DNA from: a virus | Taxonomy: Duplodnaviria > Caudoviricetes | IMG/VR virus record: IMGVR_UViG_3300042251_000001 | Coordinates: 1 to 38,047 of that record | DNA length: 38,047 nt | Reading direction: 5' to 3' (one strand) | Shown: in pieces, positions 1-9,154 of the stretch | Position numbering within the stretch: the stretch's first letter is position 1 | Layout: every line of letters starts with the position of its first letter | Program-made: the position numbers and the translations under genes | Notes under the pieces: generated by a model | The model's database searches: none | Told to the model about the DNA's origin: nothing | What the model saw: the letters and a program-made list of their open reading frames with translations, nothing else

Positions 1-132
1 ACACCACATCCACACAGGCAAAGCTATGCGATGTATATGTATGATCTGGTGTGGGATTCATTTGATCGAGATTACGATGTAGTGTGTGAGAATTATTGGC
101 CTGTTAAATTTGATAGGGAGAGTGTTGAGTGA
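1..132 (+). CDS. 3' end of a hypothetical protein (truncated by window edge)
   Basis: Frame 1 is open from base 1 to TGA at 130-132, which overlaps the GTG start of dut (GTGA coupling). Confidence 0.6.
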   Translation, partial: TPHPHRQSYAMYMYDLVWDSFDRDYDVVCENYWPVKFDRESVE

Positions 133-569
133 AAGTACAGATTAAGAAACTAACTGATAATGCAATCATCCCGACATATGGTTCGGAAGGTGCAGCAGGG
201 TTTGACTTGTACGCTGATTTGAGCAAGAGCATGAAAGGGTATTTTGTCCTAGCACCACAGGAACAGCTTGTTGTCCCCACTGGTGTTGCGATGGCTATCC
301 CAGAAGGGTATTATGTTCAGATCAAATCTCGGTCAGGGTTGGCATCCAAGCATGGCGTACATGCTATTGGAGGCGTCCTTGACTCTGATTTTCGTGGCGA
401 GATTGGTGTCATCCTGATTAATGGCGGGACAATGCCATTCGTAGTTAAGGATGGGGAACGTATTGCTCAGGCTGTCTTGCAGAAATATGAGAAGGCAGAA
501 TTTGAGGTTGTGGATGATCTTGATGAGACAGATCGTGGTGAAGGTGGGTTTGGTAGTACTGGCGTTTGA
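129..569 (+). CDS. dut: Trimeric dUTPase
   Basis: Motifs AAGFDL, SRSGLA, GVLDSDFRGEI, ERIAQ and C-terminal RGEGGFGSTG. Confidence 0.97.
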   Translation: MKVQIKKLTDNAIIPTYGSEGAAGFDLYADLSKSMKGYFVLAPQEQLVVPTGVAMAIPEGYYVQIKSRSGLASKHGVHAIGGVLDSDFRGEIGVILINGGTMPFVVKDGERIAQAVLQKYEKAEFEVVDDLDETDRGEGGFGSTGV

Positions 570-592
570 TAGGACAATTTAGGATGCTGTAT

Positions 593-622
593 TCGGGGCA
601 CGATGTATGTCCCGACTTTCTT
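593..622 (+). terminator. Possible intrinsic terminator after dut
   Basis: TCGGGGCA...TGTCCCGA stem followed by CTTTCTT. Confidence 0.45.
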
Positions 623-637
623 TAGGAGGTGGTATAG

Positions 638-1144
638 ATGAATGCTAAGAATTTTAACACAAACACGGACAATAAAGACGAATGGCTCACTCCAAAATAC
701 ATTACAGATTGTCTTGGAGAGTTTGACCTAGACCCTTGTAGTCCGGCAGAGAGGCGTCCTTGGGATACAGCAAAAGAGCATTGGGGGATTGATTCCGAGA
801 ATCCTAAAGATGGCCTCACTGAAGATTGGTTCGGCAGGGTGTGGTGTAACCCTCCTTATGGTAGAGAGACATTTAAGTGGCTAGATAAACTAGCTGAGCA
901 TGGTTCAGGGATAGCACTTATCTTTGCACGTACAGAGACGATTGGTTTCCACGAAAGCGTTTGGAACAAAGCCCACTCAGTGATGTTCTTTAAAGGCCGT
1001 CTGAAGTTTTGGCATGTAGATGGTGTTGAAGGGGGAACCAGTAATGCGCCTAGTGTGCTAGTCAGCTATTCAGAATATGATACAGACAAGATCAGAGAAG
1101 CCTTGACCAGGGGGGACATTAAAGGTAAGCTGGTGCTTGTGTAA
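638..1144 (+). CDS. Phage DNA N6-adenine methyltransferase (phage Dam-like)
   Basis: DEWLTP, FDLDPC, DGL..W.GRVWCNPPY motifs; RBS AGGAGG upstream. Confidence 0.9.
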   Translation: MNAKNFNTNTDNKDEWLTPKYITDCLGEFDLDPCSPAERRPWDTAKEHWGIDSENPKDGLTEDWFGRVWCNPPYGRETFKWLDKLAEHGSGIALIFARTETIGFHESVWNKAHSVMFFKGRLKFWHVDGVEGGTSNAPSVLVSYSEYDTDKIREALTRGDIKGKLVLV

Positions 1145-1167
1145 CTAAACAGAAGGAGATGTAGGGT

Positions 1168-1938
1168 ATGGCTGGACAGAATCGTGTACGTCAGCAGGAA
1201 CGGAAGAGTCGTAATTCTAACTTGGAGTATGTATCTTTGACACATGATCGTAAAAACACACGTAAAACCAAATCAGATGTGTGCCGTGACACAACGCCAC
1301 TGAAACCTATGAATGACCGTCAGAAAGATTACATTCAGGCAATCAAACAAAACCCTGTAGTGATCTGTACTGGTGTTTGGGGGTCATCTAAGACATATAT
1401 CCCCAGTGTAATTGCTTGTGATATGTTGTTGGCAAAAGAGATTGATATGATTGTGATTGCCCGCCCAAACGAAGGCAAGGGTAAAACAGTAGGATTCCTG
1501 AAGGGTGATCTTGACCAGAAGATGTCAGTTTGGACTGCCCCGGTCACAGACACTATGAAAAAACGTCTCGGTTTGGGGAATTTTGAGGCGTTTGTCGGGA
1601 ATGAGAAAATTGTCCAACTTTCCCTAGAACACGTTAAAGGACGATCTTGGGATCGAGCATTCATTATCGTTGATGAGGCGGAAGACCTTGACCCAGACGT
1701 GGCTAAGAGTCTTGTCGGGCGTCAGGGTGTTCATAGTAAGATTGTAATCACTGGTGACATTCGACAGAAGGACTTGAAAAAGAACTCAGGTCTTGAGTTT
1801 CTACAGATGATTGCTGAAAAGTATGAACTACCTATCCCTATCATTGACTTCGATGATTGGGAGTATTGTGTACGGTCTGAGGAGGCAAAGATGTGGGGCA
1901 TTGCTTTTGAGGAGTACGAAAATGGCACCAAAACCTAA
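1168..1938 (+). CDS. phoH: PhoH-like ATPase
   Basis: Q..Y..AI, Walker A-like GVWGSSKT, ARP, GFLKGDL..K, KGRSW, IIVDEAE, ITGD..QKD. Confidence 0.92.
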   Translation: MAGQNRVRQQERKSRNSNLEYVSLTHDRKNTRKTKSDVCRDTTPLKPMNDRQKDYIQAIKQNPVVICTGVWGSSKTYIPSVIACDMLLAKEIDMIVIARPNEGKGKTVGFLKGDLDQKMSVWTAPVTDTMKKRLGLGNFEAFVGNEKIVQLSLEHVKGRSWDRAFIIVDEAEDLDPDVAKSLVGRQGVHSKIVITGDIRQKDLKKNSGLEFLQMIAEKYELPIPIIDFDDWEYCVRSEEAKMWGIAFEEYENGTKT

Positions 1939-2653
1939 ATATGTGGTAAAAACTGGAGATATTTTTGGAAGATGGGTTGTGGGGGAAGATTCCGAATACC
2001 GAGGCAAGAATGTGTATTACAAATGTTCATGCTCTTGTGGTAATGTAAAATATGTCTCAAAATATTCATTGACCAGTGGTAGATCTGTTAGCTGTGGTTG
2101 CCATAGGAAGGAGGTTGCTCGTGAGAGGTTTACAACACACGGGCTATCTAATAAGTCCATATATCACAGTTACAAGGATATGGTTAAGAGGTGTCACCAA
2201 GAAGGTGCTATGGGCTGGGAGGAATATGGTGCAAAAGGGATAACCGTTTGCGAGAGATGGTTAGAATCTTTTGAAAACTTTGCTGCAGATATGTACGAAA
2301 GTTGGTTTGATGGTGCTACAATAGAGCGGATTGATTTCGAGAAGTGTTATTCGCCGGAAAATACGAGATGGGTGACTAAGAAAGAACAGGCGTTTAACAC
2401 CGGTATGCGAAAAACAAATAGAAGTGGTTTTAAAGGTGTAGCTCTATCGTCTGACGGTGTTTATATTGCAACATGGACAGACTTCTTAACTGGCAAGCAA
2501 TACACTAAAGGATTCTCGTCTAGTAAATACGGAGAAGAACTTGCATTTTTCTTAGCAAAAGAATATAGACTCAAGCAAGTTGAGCTACAAAACGCTAATG
2601 GTGCTTGTTACACAGACAAGCATATTGGGAGTTATAAAGGAGAAACGAATTGA
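1922..2653 (+). CDS. Free-standing HNH homing endonuclease with C-terminal AP2-like domain
   Basis: CSCSCG, SCGC, GITVCERW, FENFAADM, TIERID..YSPENTRW, NRSGFKGV. Start moved to ATG 1922 (GAGGAG RBS) from the ORF-track start at 1811. Confidence 0.88.
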   Translation: MAPKPKYVVKTGDIFGRWVVGEDSEYRGKNVYYKCSCSCGNVKYVSKYSLTSGRSVSCGCHRKEVARERFTTHGLSNKSIYHSYKDMVKRCHQEGAMGWEEYGAKGITVCERWLESFENFAADMYESWFDGATIERIDFEKCYSPENTRWVTKKEQAFNTGMRKTNRSGFKGVALSSDGVYIATWTDFLTGKQYTKGFSSSKYGEELAFFLAKEYRLKQVELQNANGACYTDKHIGSYKGETN

Positions 2654-3912
2654 TCAACAAAATTACAAAACGAGATGGTTCTGTTGCAGAGTTTGACGTA
2701 GACAACCTGAACAAATGGTCTAGCTGGGCATCTGAGGAATGCGGTGTTGATTGGTCATCTGTTGTATTCAATGCTGTTCGTGGTCTGTCTGAGCGTTGTA
2801 CAACAGTAGATCTACATAATGCGCTCATTAACGCCTGCTTGTCCAAACGGACAGACGGACATACACGCATGGCAGCTAGACTTCTTGTCGGACACATTTA
2901 TAAGGAGGCGTATAAGTGCTTTTCGATCCCATCCCTCAAGGACTTCTATGAAGAAGCTGTTGAGAACGGTTGGTGGGTTGATATGGGCTACACAGATTAC
3001 GAGCTGGTTGAACTGGACAACGTAATTGACCATACTAAGGATTTCACTTACACATACGCGACATTGAAACAACTATATGATAAGTACCTAGTGAATATGT
3101 CAGAAGGTGTCGTAGAGTCTCCTCAGATGTTATTTATGGGTGTCGCTATGAACCAGATGCGTAACGAAAACAATCGTTTGCAAGAAGTTATTAGTGCGTA
3201 CCAAAAGCTGAGTAACCTGAAGTTAAACTTGCCCACACCAACGCTAAACGGAAGCCGTACTCTGCTAGAATCCTCCCCCAGTTGCGCGGTTATGAGCGGT
3301 GGGGATAATGTAGATAGCATTCAGGCGGCTATTGACGTGGCGTATAAGCTAACAGCACAGCGCAGTGGTATTGGTATTGAGCTGACCACACGAGCACCCA
3401 AAGATCCAGTTAAAGGTGGTATGGTGACTCACTCTGGTAAGCATTCATATTATAAGCACATTGCTAGTGCTGTTGCAGCAAACTCTCAAGTAACTCGTGG
3501 TGGCTCTAGTACAGTTACATATACAGTTCTTGACCCTGAAGTTGATGCACTGCTTACAATGAAGCAACAACGTACACCGGAGAACTACCGGATTGATACG
3601 CTGGACTATTCGATTGCGGTCAATAACCTGTTCTTGAAGAAAGCTGCTAAGAAAGAGCTTTGGATGTGCGTTAGTCCCTATTACGCACCTAAGTTGTGGG
3701 AGCTGTTCTACAGCGAAGATGAAGGTGCTTTTGAGAAAGAATATGAACGTGTGCTGGCTAGTGACGTTAAGAAGAAAGTGGTAGATGCCCGTGGTATTCT
3801 GAAGCAGCTTGTAGAAGCCCGTAGGGACACTGGGCGTAACTACATCACATTCATTAATAATGTGAACAAACACACTCCGTTCAAAGAAGAGATCAGGTTG
3901 AGCAACCTCTGT
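2650..3912 (+). CDS. nrdA: Class Ia ribonucleotide reductase alpha subunit, exon 1
   Basis: N-terminal ITKRDG ATP-cone-like start, ESPQ, LPTP, SCAV, ends ...SNLC at the intron 5' splice site. Confidence 0.95.
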
Positions 3913-4140
3913 CAATTGGCAGCTTGATACAGCAATGTATCTCGAATAACCGGATGAATTCGGTGAAACCTTAACACGTAATGGTGATGGCAATACCGAG
4001 CCAAGCCTGACACGATCTTGTCAGGAAGGTGTAGAGACTACTTGGTGATCTAAGCGTAGATCGTAAGACAAGATTAGCGTCCGGCATCCTTACGGGATGG
4101 TGATATAGTCCGAGCTAGTGCGAAAGCATTAGGTTCCTCG
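3913..4140 (+). ncRNA. Group I intron (subgroup IA-like, 228 nt, no internal ORF) in nrdA
   Basis: P1 CUGUC/GGCAG with U3912-G3919 wobble; P3 CCGGAUG/CGUCCGG; P7 GACUA/UAGUC (GAGACTA, GATATAGTCC); P9 GAAA tetraloop; terminal G4140; splicing restores SNLC-QEVLLP in frame. Confidence 0.93.
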
Positions 4141-5094
4141 CAAGAGGTGTTGCTACCAACTAAACCGTTCTCAAGCCCAAGAGAGCTTTACAAGGAGAAT
4201 GCAGACGGGACAATCGCGCTGTGCTTTTTGGGCAGTATCGTAGTGGATGATTACACTGACGAGGAGTATGAAGATCTTGCTTACACACTTTGTAAGATTA
4301 TTGACAACACCATTGATGACACACAGTATCCGTTCGAGAGTATGGAGGCCACGGCAAAAGGGTATCGGTCAATTGGTGTAGGTATGACCAATGTAGCACA
4401 CTGGATGGCTAAGAATGGTTATCGGTACGATACAGAGGAAGGACGTAACGCACTTCACAGACTTGCTGAACGACACTCCTACTTCTTACATAAAGCGTCT
4501 GTTCGTCTGGCAAAGGAGAAGGGTCAGTGCAAGTATATGGATCGTACCAAATACGCAGAGGGGTGGATTCCTTCTGATACATACACCAAGACTGTAGATA
4601 TGTATCATTCACAAGAGGATGTTTACGATTGGGAAAGTCTCAAGGAGGATATTCTGGAGCATGGTGTCCGGTTCAGTGTGCTGGAGAGCTACATGCCGGT
4701 TGAGAGCAGTTCTCTTGTAACAGGTAGTACTAACAGTCTCTATCCAGTGCGTGACCTAGAAATATATAAGAACTCTCGCAAGGGTAGCGTTTACTTCCGG
4801 GCACCTGATATGGACACTGTTAAGTATCAGTATGCTTGGGACATTGCTTCAGATGATATGGTTAAAGTGTATGCAATTGTACAGAAATGGTGTGGTCAAG
4901 GGATTAGTGCTGACTTCTACCACGACTACAACAAAGGCCCATTCTCTGACGCAGAGATGATGAAGTCTATCTTCCTAGCTGCTAAACTTGGGATGAAGAC
5001 TTGGTATTATCACAACTTCAGAATGCCTAGTAAGGACGGTTCAGATACTGTTCGGGAGATAGAAGAAGCCGCTTGCGAAAGCTGCACATTGTGA
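4141..5094 (+). CDS. nrdA: Class Ia ribonucleotide reductase alpha subunit, exon 2 (spliced product 738 aa)
   Basis: QEVLLP, ALCFLGSI, RSIGVG, MPVESSS, QGISAD, KTWYY, C-terminal CESC. Confidence 0.95.
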   Translation, partial: QEVLLPTKPFSSPRELYKENADGTIALCFLGSIVVDDYTDEEYEDLAYTLCKIIDNTIDDTQYPFESMEATAKGYRSIGVGMTNVAHWMAKNGYRYDTEEGRNALHRLAERHSYFLHKASVRLAKEKGQCKYMDRTKYAEGWIPSDTYTKTVDMYHSQEDVYDWESLKEDILEHGVRFSVLESYMPVESSSLVTGSTNSLYPVRDLEIYKNSRKGSVYFRAPDMDTVKYQYAWDIASDDMVKVYAIVQKWCGQGISADFYHDYNKGPFSDAEMMKSIFLAAKLGMKTWYYHNFRMPSKDGSDTVREIEEAACESCTL

Positions 5095-5103
5095 TATGAT
5101 TCT

Positions 5104-5133
5104 GGGAGTCCTTAGTGACTCCCTTATTCTTTT
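5104..5133 (+). terminator. Hairpin/terminator between nrdA and nrdB
   Basis: GGGAGTC-CTTAGT-GACTCCC then TTATTCTTTT. Confidence 0.55.
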
Positions 5134-5144
5134 ATGGAGGCAAT

Positions 5145-6236
5145 ATGTCAAAAAACCTGATGAACGTAGGTAACAACAACAACCGTTCTGGTAAATACCC
5201 GCTGTTTCTTGGTGACGATCTTGGTTTCTCAGACACAATCAATGTAACGTATCCAGAAATCGAGGAGATGTACCTATCTCAACGTGCCCAATACTGGACT
5301 GAATCAGAAGTCACTCTGTCACAAGACAGGTTGGACTTGGCGGAGGCACCTGATAGCGAGAAGGATGTTATGGTGCTCAATCTGCTGGCTCAGTGGCTAC
5401 TTGATGCCACAGCTTCCAGAGGTATCCTTGAGACATTTAGCCCATTTATCAGCAACACTGAACTACATGAGTGGTTATCAATCCAGTCAATGTTTGAGGT
5501 GATCCATGCCCGCACATATTCCCACATCATCCGCAATTGTTTTGTAGACAGCAATGCTGTACTTGAGAAAGGCAAGAATGATGTGATGGTTCAGTATAGG
5601 ACTGGTATTATTGGTAAGGTGTTTAACGATACTTATGAAATCGGGGTAAAATGGTCGCAAGGTGATATTGTTGACGAAGGTATTGTGCGTAAACAAATCC
5701 TGAAAAACATGGCTGTCCTGTACGGACTAGAGGCAATCTCTTTCAGGGCATCATTTTCTTGCACGTTTGCACTGGCTGAGACAGGTCGCTATCAGGGCAT
5801 TGGTAAACTGGTATCACTAATCTGTGCTGATGAACTACTCCACGCTGAGGGGGATCGTAAGGTGTTTGATGCCATGTTTAATAAGGAGGGTTATCGTAAA
5901 GAGTACGTTGAGATCAAAGATGAGATTGGCGATATCTTCACATCGATTGTTGAGCAAGAACTAAAATGGTCTGAATATGTGTTCAGCGAAGGTAGGAAGG
6001 TGCTTGGTCTGAACGAATCCTTGCTCAAGGACTACGTATATCATATAGCAAAACCAGTCTTTGATTACTTGGGCCTTGATTGGGAATATCCTGTGGTGAG
6101 TCAGAACCCACTACCATTCGTTGACAAGTATATTGACCGAAATCTGGTACAAGGTGCTAACCAAGAGATCCAGAACATCTCTTACCTTATTGGCAACGTA
6201 GACAGTGATGGTGTTGACGAAGAATTCGACTTCTAA
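5145..6236 (+). CDS. nrdB: Ribonucleotide reductase beta subunit
   Basis: W...EV, FEVIHARTYSHI, LEAISF..SF, ICADELLH iron/radical motifs; start moved to ATG 5145 (GGAGG RBS). Confidence 0.96.
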   Translation: MSKNLMNVGNNNNRSGKYPLFLGDDLGFSDTINVTYPEIEEMYLSQRAQYWTESEVTLSQDRLDLAEAPDSEKDVMVLNLLAQWLLDATASRGILETFSPFISNTELHEWLSIQSMFEVIHARTYSHIIRNCFVDSNAVLEKGKNDVMVQYRTGIIGKVFNDTYEIGVKWSQGDIVDEGIVRKQILKNMAVLYGLEAISFRASFSCTFALAETGRYQGIGKLVSLICADELLHAEGDRKVFDAMFNKEGYRKEYVEIKDEIGDIFTSIVEQELKWSEYVFSEGRKVLGLNESLLKDYVYHIAKPVFDYLGLDWEYPVVSQNPLPFVDKYIDRNLVQGANQEIQNISYLIGNVDSDGVDEEFDF

Positions 6237-6244
6237 CCTCCAGT

Positions 6245-6281
6245 GCCAAGATGTCCTCCCCGGATGTCTTGGCTTTCTTTT
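6245..6281 (+). terminator. Intrinsic terminator after nrdB
   Basis: 12-bp stem GCCAAGATGTCC/GGATGTCTTGGC (two G-U) followed by TTTCTTTT. Confidence 0.8.
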
Positions 6282-6330
6282 GCCAGTAATTCAAGGGAGA
6301 AACACGGGCGAAATAATCTGCACAAACCCC

Positions 6331-6359
6331 TTGACCCAGACCAATCCATCCCCTACACT
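6331..6359 (+). promoter_or_regulatory. Sigma70-like promoter
   Basis: TTGACC-17 bp-TACACT just after the terminator and upstream of ATG 6393. Confidence 0.65.
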
Positions 6360-6392
6360 ATGTCTAAATCAATTGAGGCAGGAGACTCCCAA

Positions 6393-6644
6393 ATGAAACT
6401 AATCGAAGCAGAAACTCTGATCAAACAATGGCGCAAATGCAAGGATCGTATTTCTACTATAAACTCACTAGAGTTTTTTGCACGGGATAACACCGCTCGT
6501 GTTGAATGTGGGGTAACCACTCTTGAGCTAACACCTCTTGAGACAAAGATGCTGATGAACATTCTGCACAACACCATCTACGAGCGTGAACAGAATCTTC
6601 GTGAACGCATTGTGAACGAATTGCATATTGATGTGGAGGTATGA
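6393..6644 (+). CDS. Hypothetical protein (83 aa)
   Basis: ATG 6393 has an AGGAGA RBS; stop overlaps the next start (ATGA). The longer ORF call runs through a terminator and promoter. Confidence 0.7.
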   Translation: MKLIEAETLIKQWRKCKDRISTINSLEFFARDNTARVECGVTTLELTPLETKMLMNILHNTIYEREQNLRERIVNELHIDVEV

Positions 6645-7060
6645 CCAAGATGATAACAGCCAGAGACAGTCGCTACCTATCCAAAGCAGAGGACTTGTCC
6701 AAACAATCTGATCACTACAAGTTCCGTATCGGATGTATCATTGCTAAAGGACGTAAGCAGCTAGTCTCTGGTTGTAACAGTCTAACCAAGACACATCCGT
6801 TACAGCATCATTACGCAGCTCTTGTCGGTAGACCTGATGCTATATACCTTCATGCCGAAATGGCGGCTATAGTTGAGGCTAGGTCTAAAGGTATTGATTT
6901 GAGAGGGGCTTCTGTGTATGTGTTTAGGCGAGGATTGTCTGGAAAAATAGCTATAGCAAGACCTTGTAAATCGTGCATGATGGCATTGACAGAGGTTGGT
7001 GTAGGTACGATAATCTACACGACAGATGTTGGTATGGCTAAAGAATTTGTAGGAGGATGA
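6641..7060 (+). CDS. Cytidine/deoxycytidylate deaminase-family protein
   Basis: Zn-binding HAE ... PCKSC motifs. Confidence 0.85.
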   Translation: MTKMITARDSRYLSKAEDLSKQSDHYKFRIGCIIAKGRKQLVSGCNSLTKTHPLQHHYAALVGRPDAIYLHAEMAAIVEARSKGIDLRGASVYVFRRGLSGKIAIARPCKSCMMALTEVGVGTIIYTTDVGMAKEFVGG

Positions 7061-7061
7061 T

Positions 7062-7346
7062 ATGAATGAATGGTTTGATATAAATGACAAGCAACCAGAA
7101 CTGAGCAAACTATTGACACGAGACGATGTTTCTCGTATTGTAGTTGAGCACAAAGACAGACTTCCTAGATTTTGATTCAACTATATCAAATTGCTGTTTA
7201 ATGGAGAGATAGTTGTTGTCAACGAAGCTGATGAGAGAGAACCTAAGCTAGTTGAAGATAACTTCTTTCTGTGCGAGGATCTATGGTAATCGAAGATCAA
7301 AGAGAAAAACAGAAAAATCATAAAGGAACTACAAAGCCATGAGTGA
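7062..7346 (+). pseudogene. tnpA: Decayed IS607-type serine recombinase (tnpA) C-terminal half fused to a phage gene start
   Basis: Reads MNEWFDINDKQPE-LSKLLTRDDVSRIVVEHKDRLPRF*FNYIKLLFNGEIVVVNE..LVED, then after frameshifts ITSFCARIYGNRRSKRKTEK and IIKELQSHE*, overlapping the tnpB start. Confidence 0.85.
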
Positions 7347-8564
7347 AATTCTAAAAGCATACAAGTTCAGAATCTATCCTGACAAAGAACAACAAACCAA
7401 ACTCAATCAGACGTTTGGGTGTGTTCGTGTGCTTTGGAATCACCTAGTAGCAAATTTTAACTCATATGGTACAGAAGAATACCAAGAGAAATACTCGGAA
7501 AAGGAGATAAAATCTAATCCTGATCTGTTCTTTTTGAAAGATGTCTCTGCTGCTTCATTACAGCAGAAACGAATGGACTTCAACGAAACCAAGTCTCAGT
7601 TTTTCAACAAAACCCGAAAAGTGAAGCTCGGTAGAATGAAGTTCAAAAAGAAGTCCAACAAACAATCTTACCGCCTTCCTAATCAAAAATTTAAACTGGA
7701 TCAAGACAACTCTTTGATTCAGTTAGAGAAGATTGGTAAGGTGAAGGTTGTTTTAGACCGTAAAATTAAAGGAGATTTTAGATCAGTCACAGTATCGAAA
7801 ACGCCAACCAACAAATACTATGTTTCGATTCTAGTCAAGACAAGTGTTAACCTACTTCCATCAACAGGAAATATGGTTGGTATTGATGTTGGCTTGAAAG
7901 ACCTGTTCATCCTATCAAATGGAATTGTGGCTAATAACCCTCGCTGGTTTAGAGAAAGCCAATCTAAACTAGCTAAGGCACAGAAACACCTTTCAAGGAA
8001 GAAGCGAGGCAGTGCTCGTTATGAGAAACAAAGACTTAAGGTGGCTAGAATCCATGAGAAGATAGCTAACCAGAGATCTTACTTCACTCACAACATGAGC
8101 AGTTCTCTTATTAAGAACTTTGATGTTATCGTAACTGAAGACTTGAACATCGCTGGGTTGAAGAAAACCAATCTAGGAAAGTCCATTTCAGATGCTGGTT
8201 GGTCTGAGTTTATTAGACAGCTTGACTATAAGTCTCAGTGGTACGGAAAAACTTTTGTTAAGATTGACCGGTTCTACCCTAGTAGTCAGATTTGTTCTTC
8301 TTGTGGACACAAAGATGGAAAGAAATCTCTTGATATCAGAGAATGGACATGTTCTAATTGTGGAATCAAGCACGACCGCGATTTGAATGCCGCCAACAAC
8401 ATTTTAGTTAAGGGGTACAGTGACCTAACAGGTCTTTCAATTAAAGATTCATCGGCTGAGTTGGTCGATTACAGACGTGGAGAGGATGTAAGTCTTTTTG
8501 ATGATTCTCATCATTTAGCAACCTCGTTGAAGCGTTTAGATAAATTTATAGATTTATCGTAACT
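7101..8564 (+). mobile_element. Truncated IS607-family element (left end apparently deleted; ends approximate)
   Basis: tnpA remnant plus tnpB; terminal hairpin GATAAAT/ATTTATC at 8539-8558. Confidence 0.75.
7339..8562 (+). CDS. tnpB: RNA-guided endonuclease TnpB
   Basis: KAYKFRIYP HTH start, RuvC motifs GIDVG, VTEDL, DRDLNAA, Zn ribbon CSSCG/CSNCG; all three acidic catalytic residues present. Confidence 0.96.
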   Translation: MSEILKAYKFRIYPDKEQQTKLNQTFGCVRVLWNHLVANFNSYGTEEYQEKYSEKEIKSNPDLFFLKDVSAASLQQKRMDFNETKSQFFNKTRKVKLGRMKFKKKSNKQSYRLPNQKFKLDQDNSLIQLEKIGKVKVVLDRKIKGDFRSVTVSKTPTNKYYVSILVKTSVNLLPSTGNMVGIDVGLKDLFILSNGIVANNPRWFRESQSKLAKAQKHLSRKKRGSARYEKQRLKVARIHEKIANQRSYFTHNMSSSLIKNFDVIVTEDLNIAGLKKTNLGKSISDAGWSEFIRQLDYKSQWYGKTFVKIDRFYPSSQICSSCGHKDGKKSLDIREWTCSNCGIKHDRDLNAANNILVKGYSDLTGLSIKDSSAELVDYRRGEDVSLFDDSHHLATSLKRLDKFIDLS

Positions 8565-8585
8565 ATGAGAGGGACTGATATGCTA
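8420..8585 (+). ncRNA. Putative TnpB omegaRNA (scaffold over tnpB 3' end, guide from right flank)
   Basis: Position expected from TnpB biology; hairpins TGATGA/TCATCA and GATAAAT/ATTTATC; boundaries inferred. Confidence 0.5.
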
Positions 8586-8777
8586 TACAGCATTATAATG
8601 ACATCGCTGCTTGTATTCAGTGTCATATACTTAGCTGGTGTTTGTATCACCCAGCAAGAACGTATTGATGATATTGAGTACGAGAAGGAATTGTTGAAAG
8701 ACCAGTTACATTGGATTAGACTAGATGATCTGACCAAAGCCACTTTGAAGAGTGATTTTGATAAGGAGTGTGGATAA
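8580..8777 (+). CDS. Small membrane-anchored hypothetical protein
   Basis: N-terminal hydrophobic stretch; ATG 8580 preceded by GAGGG. Confidence 0.6.
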   Translation: MLYSIIMTSLLVFSVIYLAGVCITQQERIDDIEYEKELLKDQLHWIRLDDLTKATLKSDFDKECG

Positions 8778-9154
8778 TGAACTACGAACAAATGAGTGAT
8801 GAGGATATTAACACCGAAGTCTTGAGAGTTCTGTACGGGGATGTCGTTGATTATTGGTCGCTATCTAATTGCGGTACATATCTGTACGACTGTGGGCCTG
8901 TTGGAGATGCTTTTTACAAAATAGAACTAAAGGACTACTGTAACAACCCAGCACATGCTTGGTCAGTGATCTTTGAGAACAATATCAGTCTTTTGTCCCC
9001 GTCAAACGCAACTTCCGAATGGTTTGCTGGATACGGGCGTGAACAAATTGAATACGAGGCGGATTTTTACCCGATTGAAGTATGGGCAGAGAATCCCCTT
9101 CGTGCAGCTATGATCGTATTCCTGATGATGAATGGTGACAATGATGTTCTTTGA
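8777..9154 (+). CDS. NinX/DUF2591-like phage protein
   Basis: MSDEDIN, DYCNNPAHAW..I, ENPLRAAMIVFLMM; AAGGAG RBS before ATG 8777. Confidence 0.75.
   Translation: MNYEQMSDEDINTEVLRVLYGDVVDYWSLSNCGTYLYDCGPVGDAFYKIELKDYCNNPAHAWSVIFENNISLLSPSNATSEWFAGYGREQIEYEADFYPIEVWAENPLRAAMIVFLMMNGDNDVL

Noticed and set aside
2650-5094. nrdA as a pseudogene, split gene or intein-containing gene
   Set aside because: The gap has a full group I intron core and its removal restores the frame and the NLCxE motif.
6243-6392. N-terminal extension of ORF 6243-6644
   Set aside because: Overlaps a terminator and promoter; ATG 6393 has the RBS.
7173-7175. In-frame TGA as evidence of stop-codon recoding
   Set aside because: It lies in a remnant that also has frameshifts; TGA ends many intact genes here.
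7062-8564. IStron (group I intron fused to IS607)
   Set aside because: No group I core motifs found next to the element; the introns lie elsewhere.
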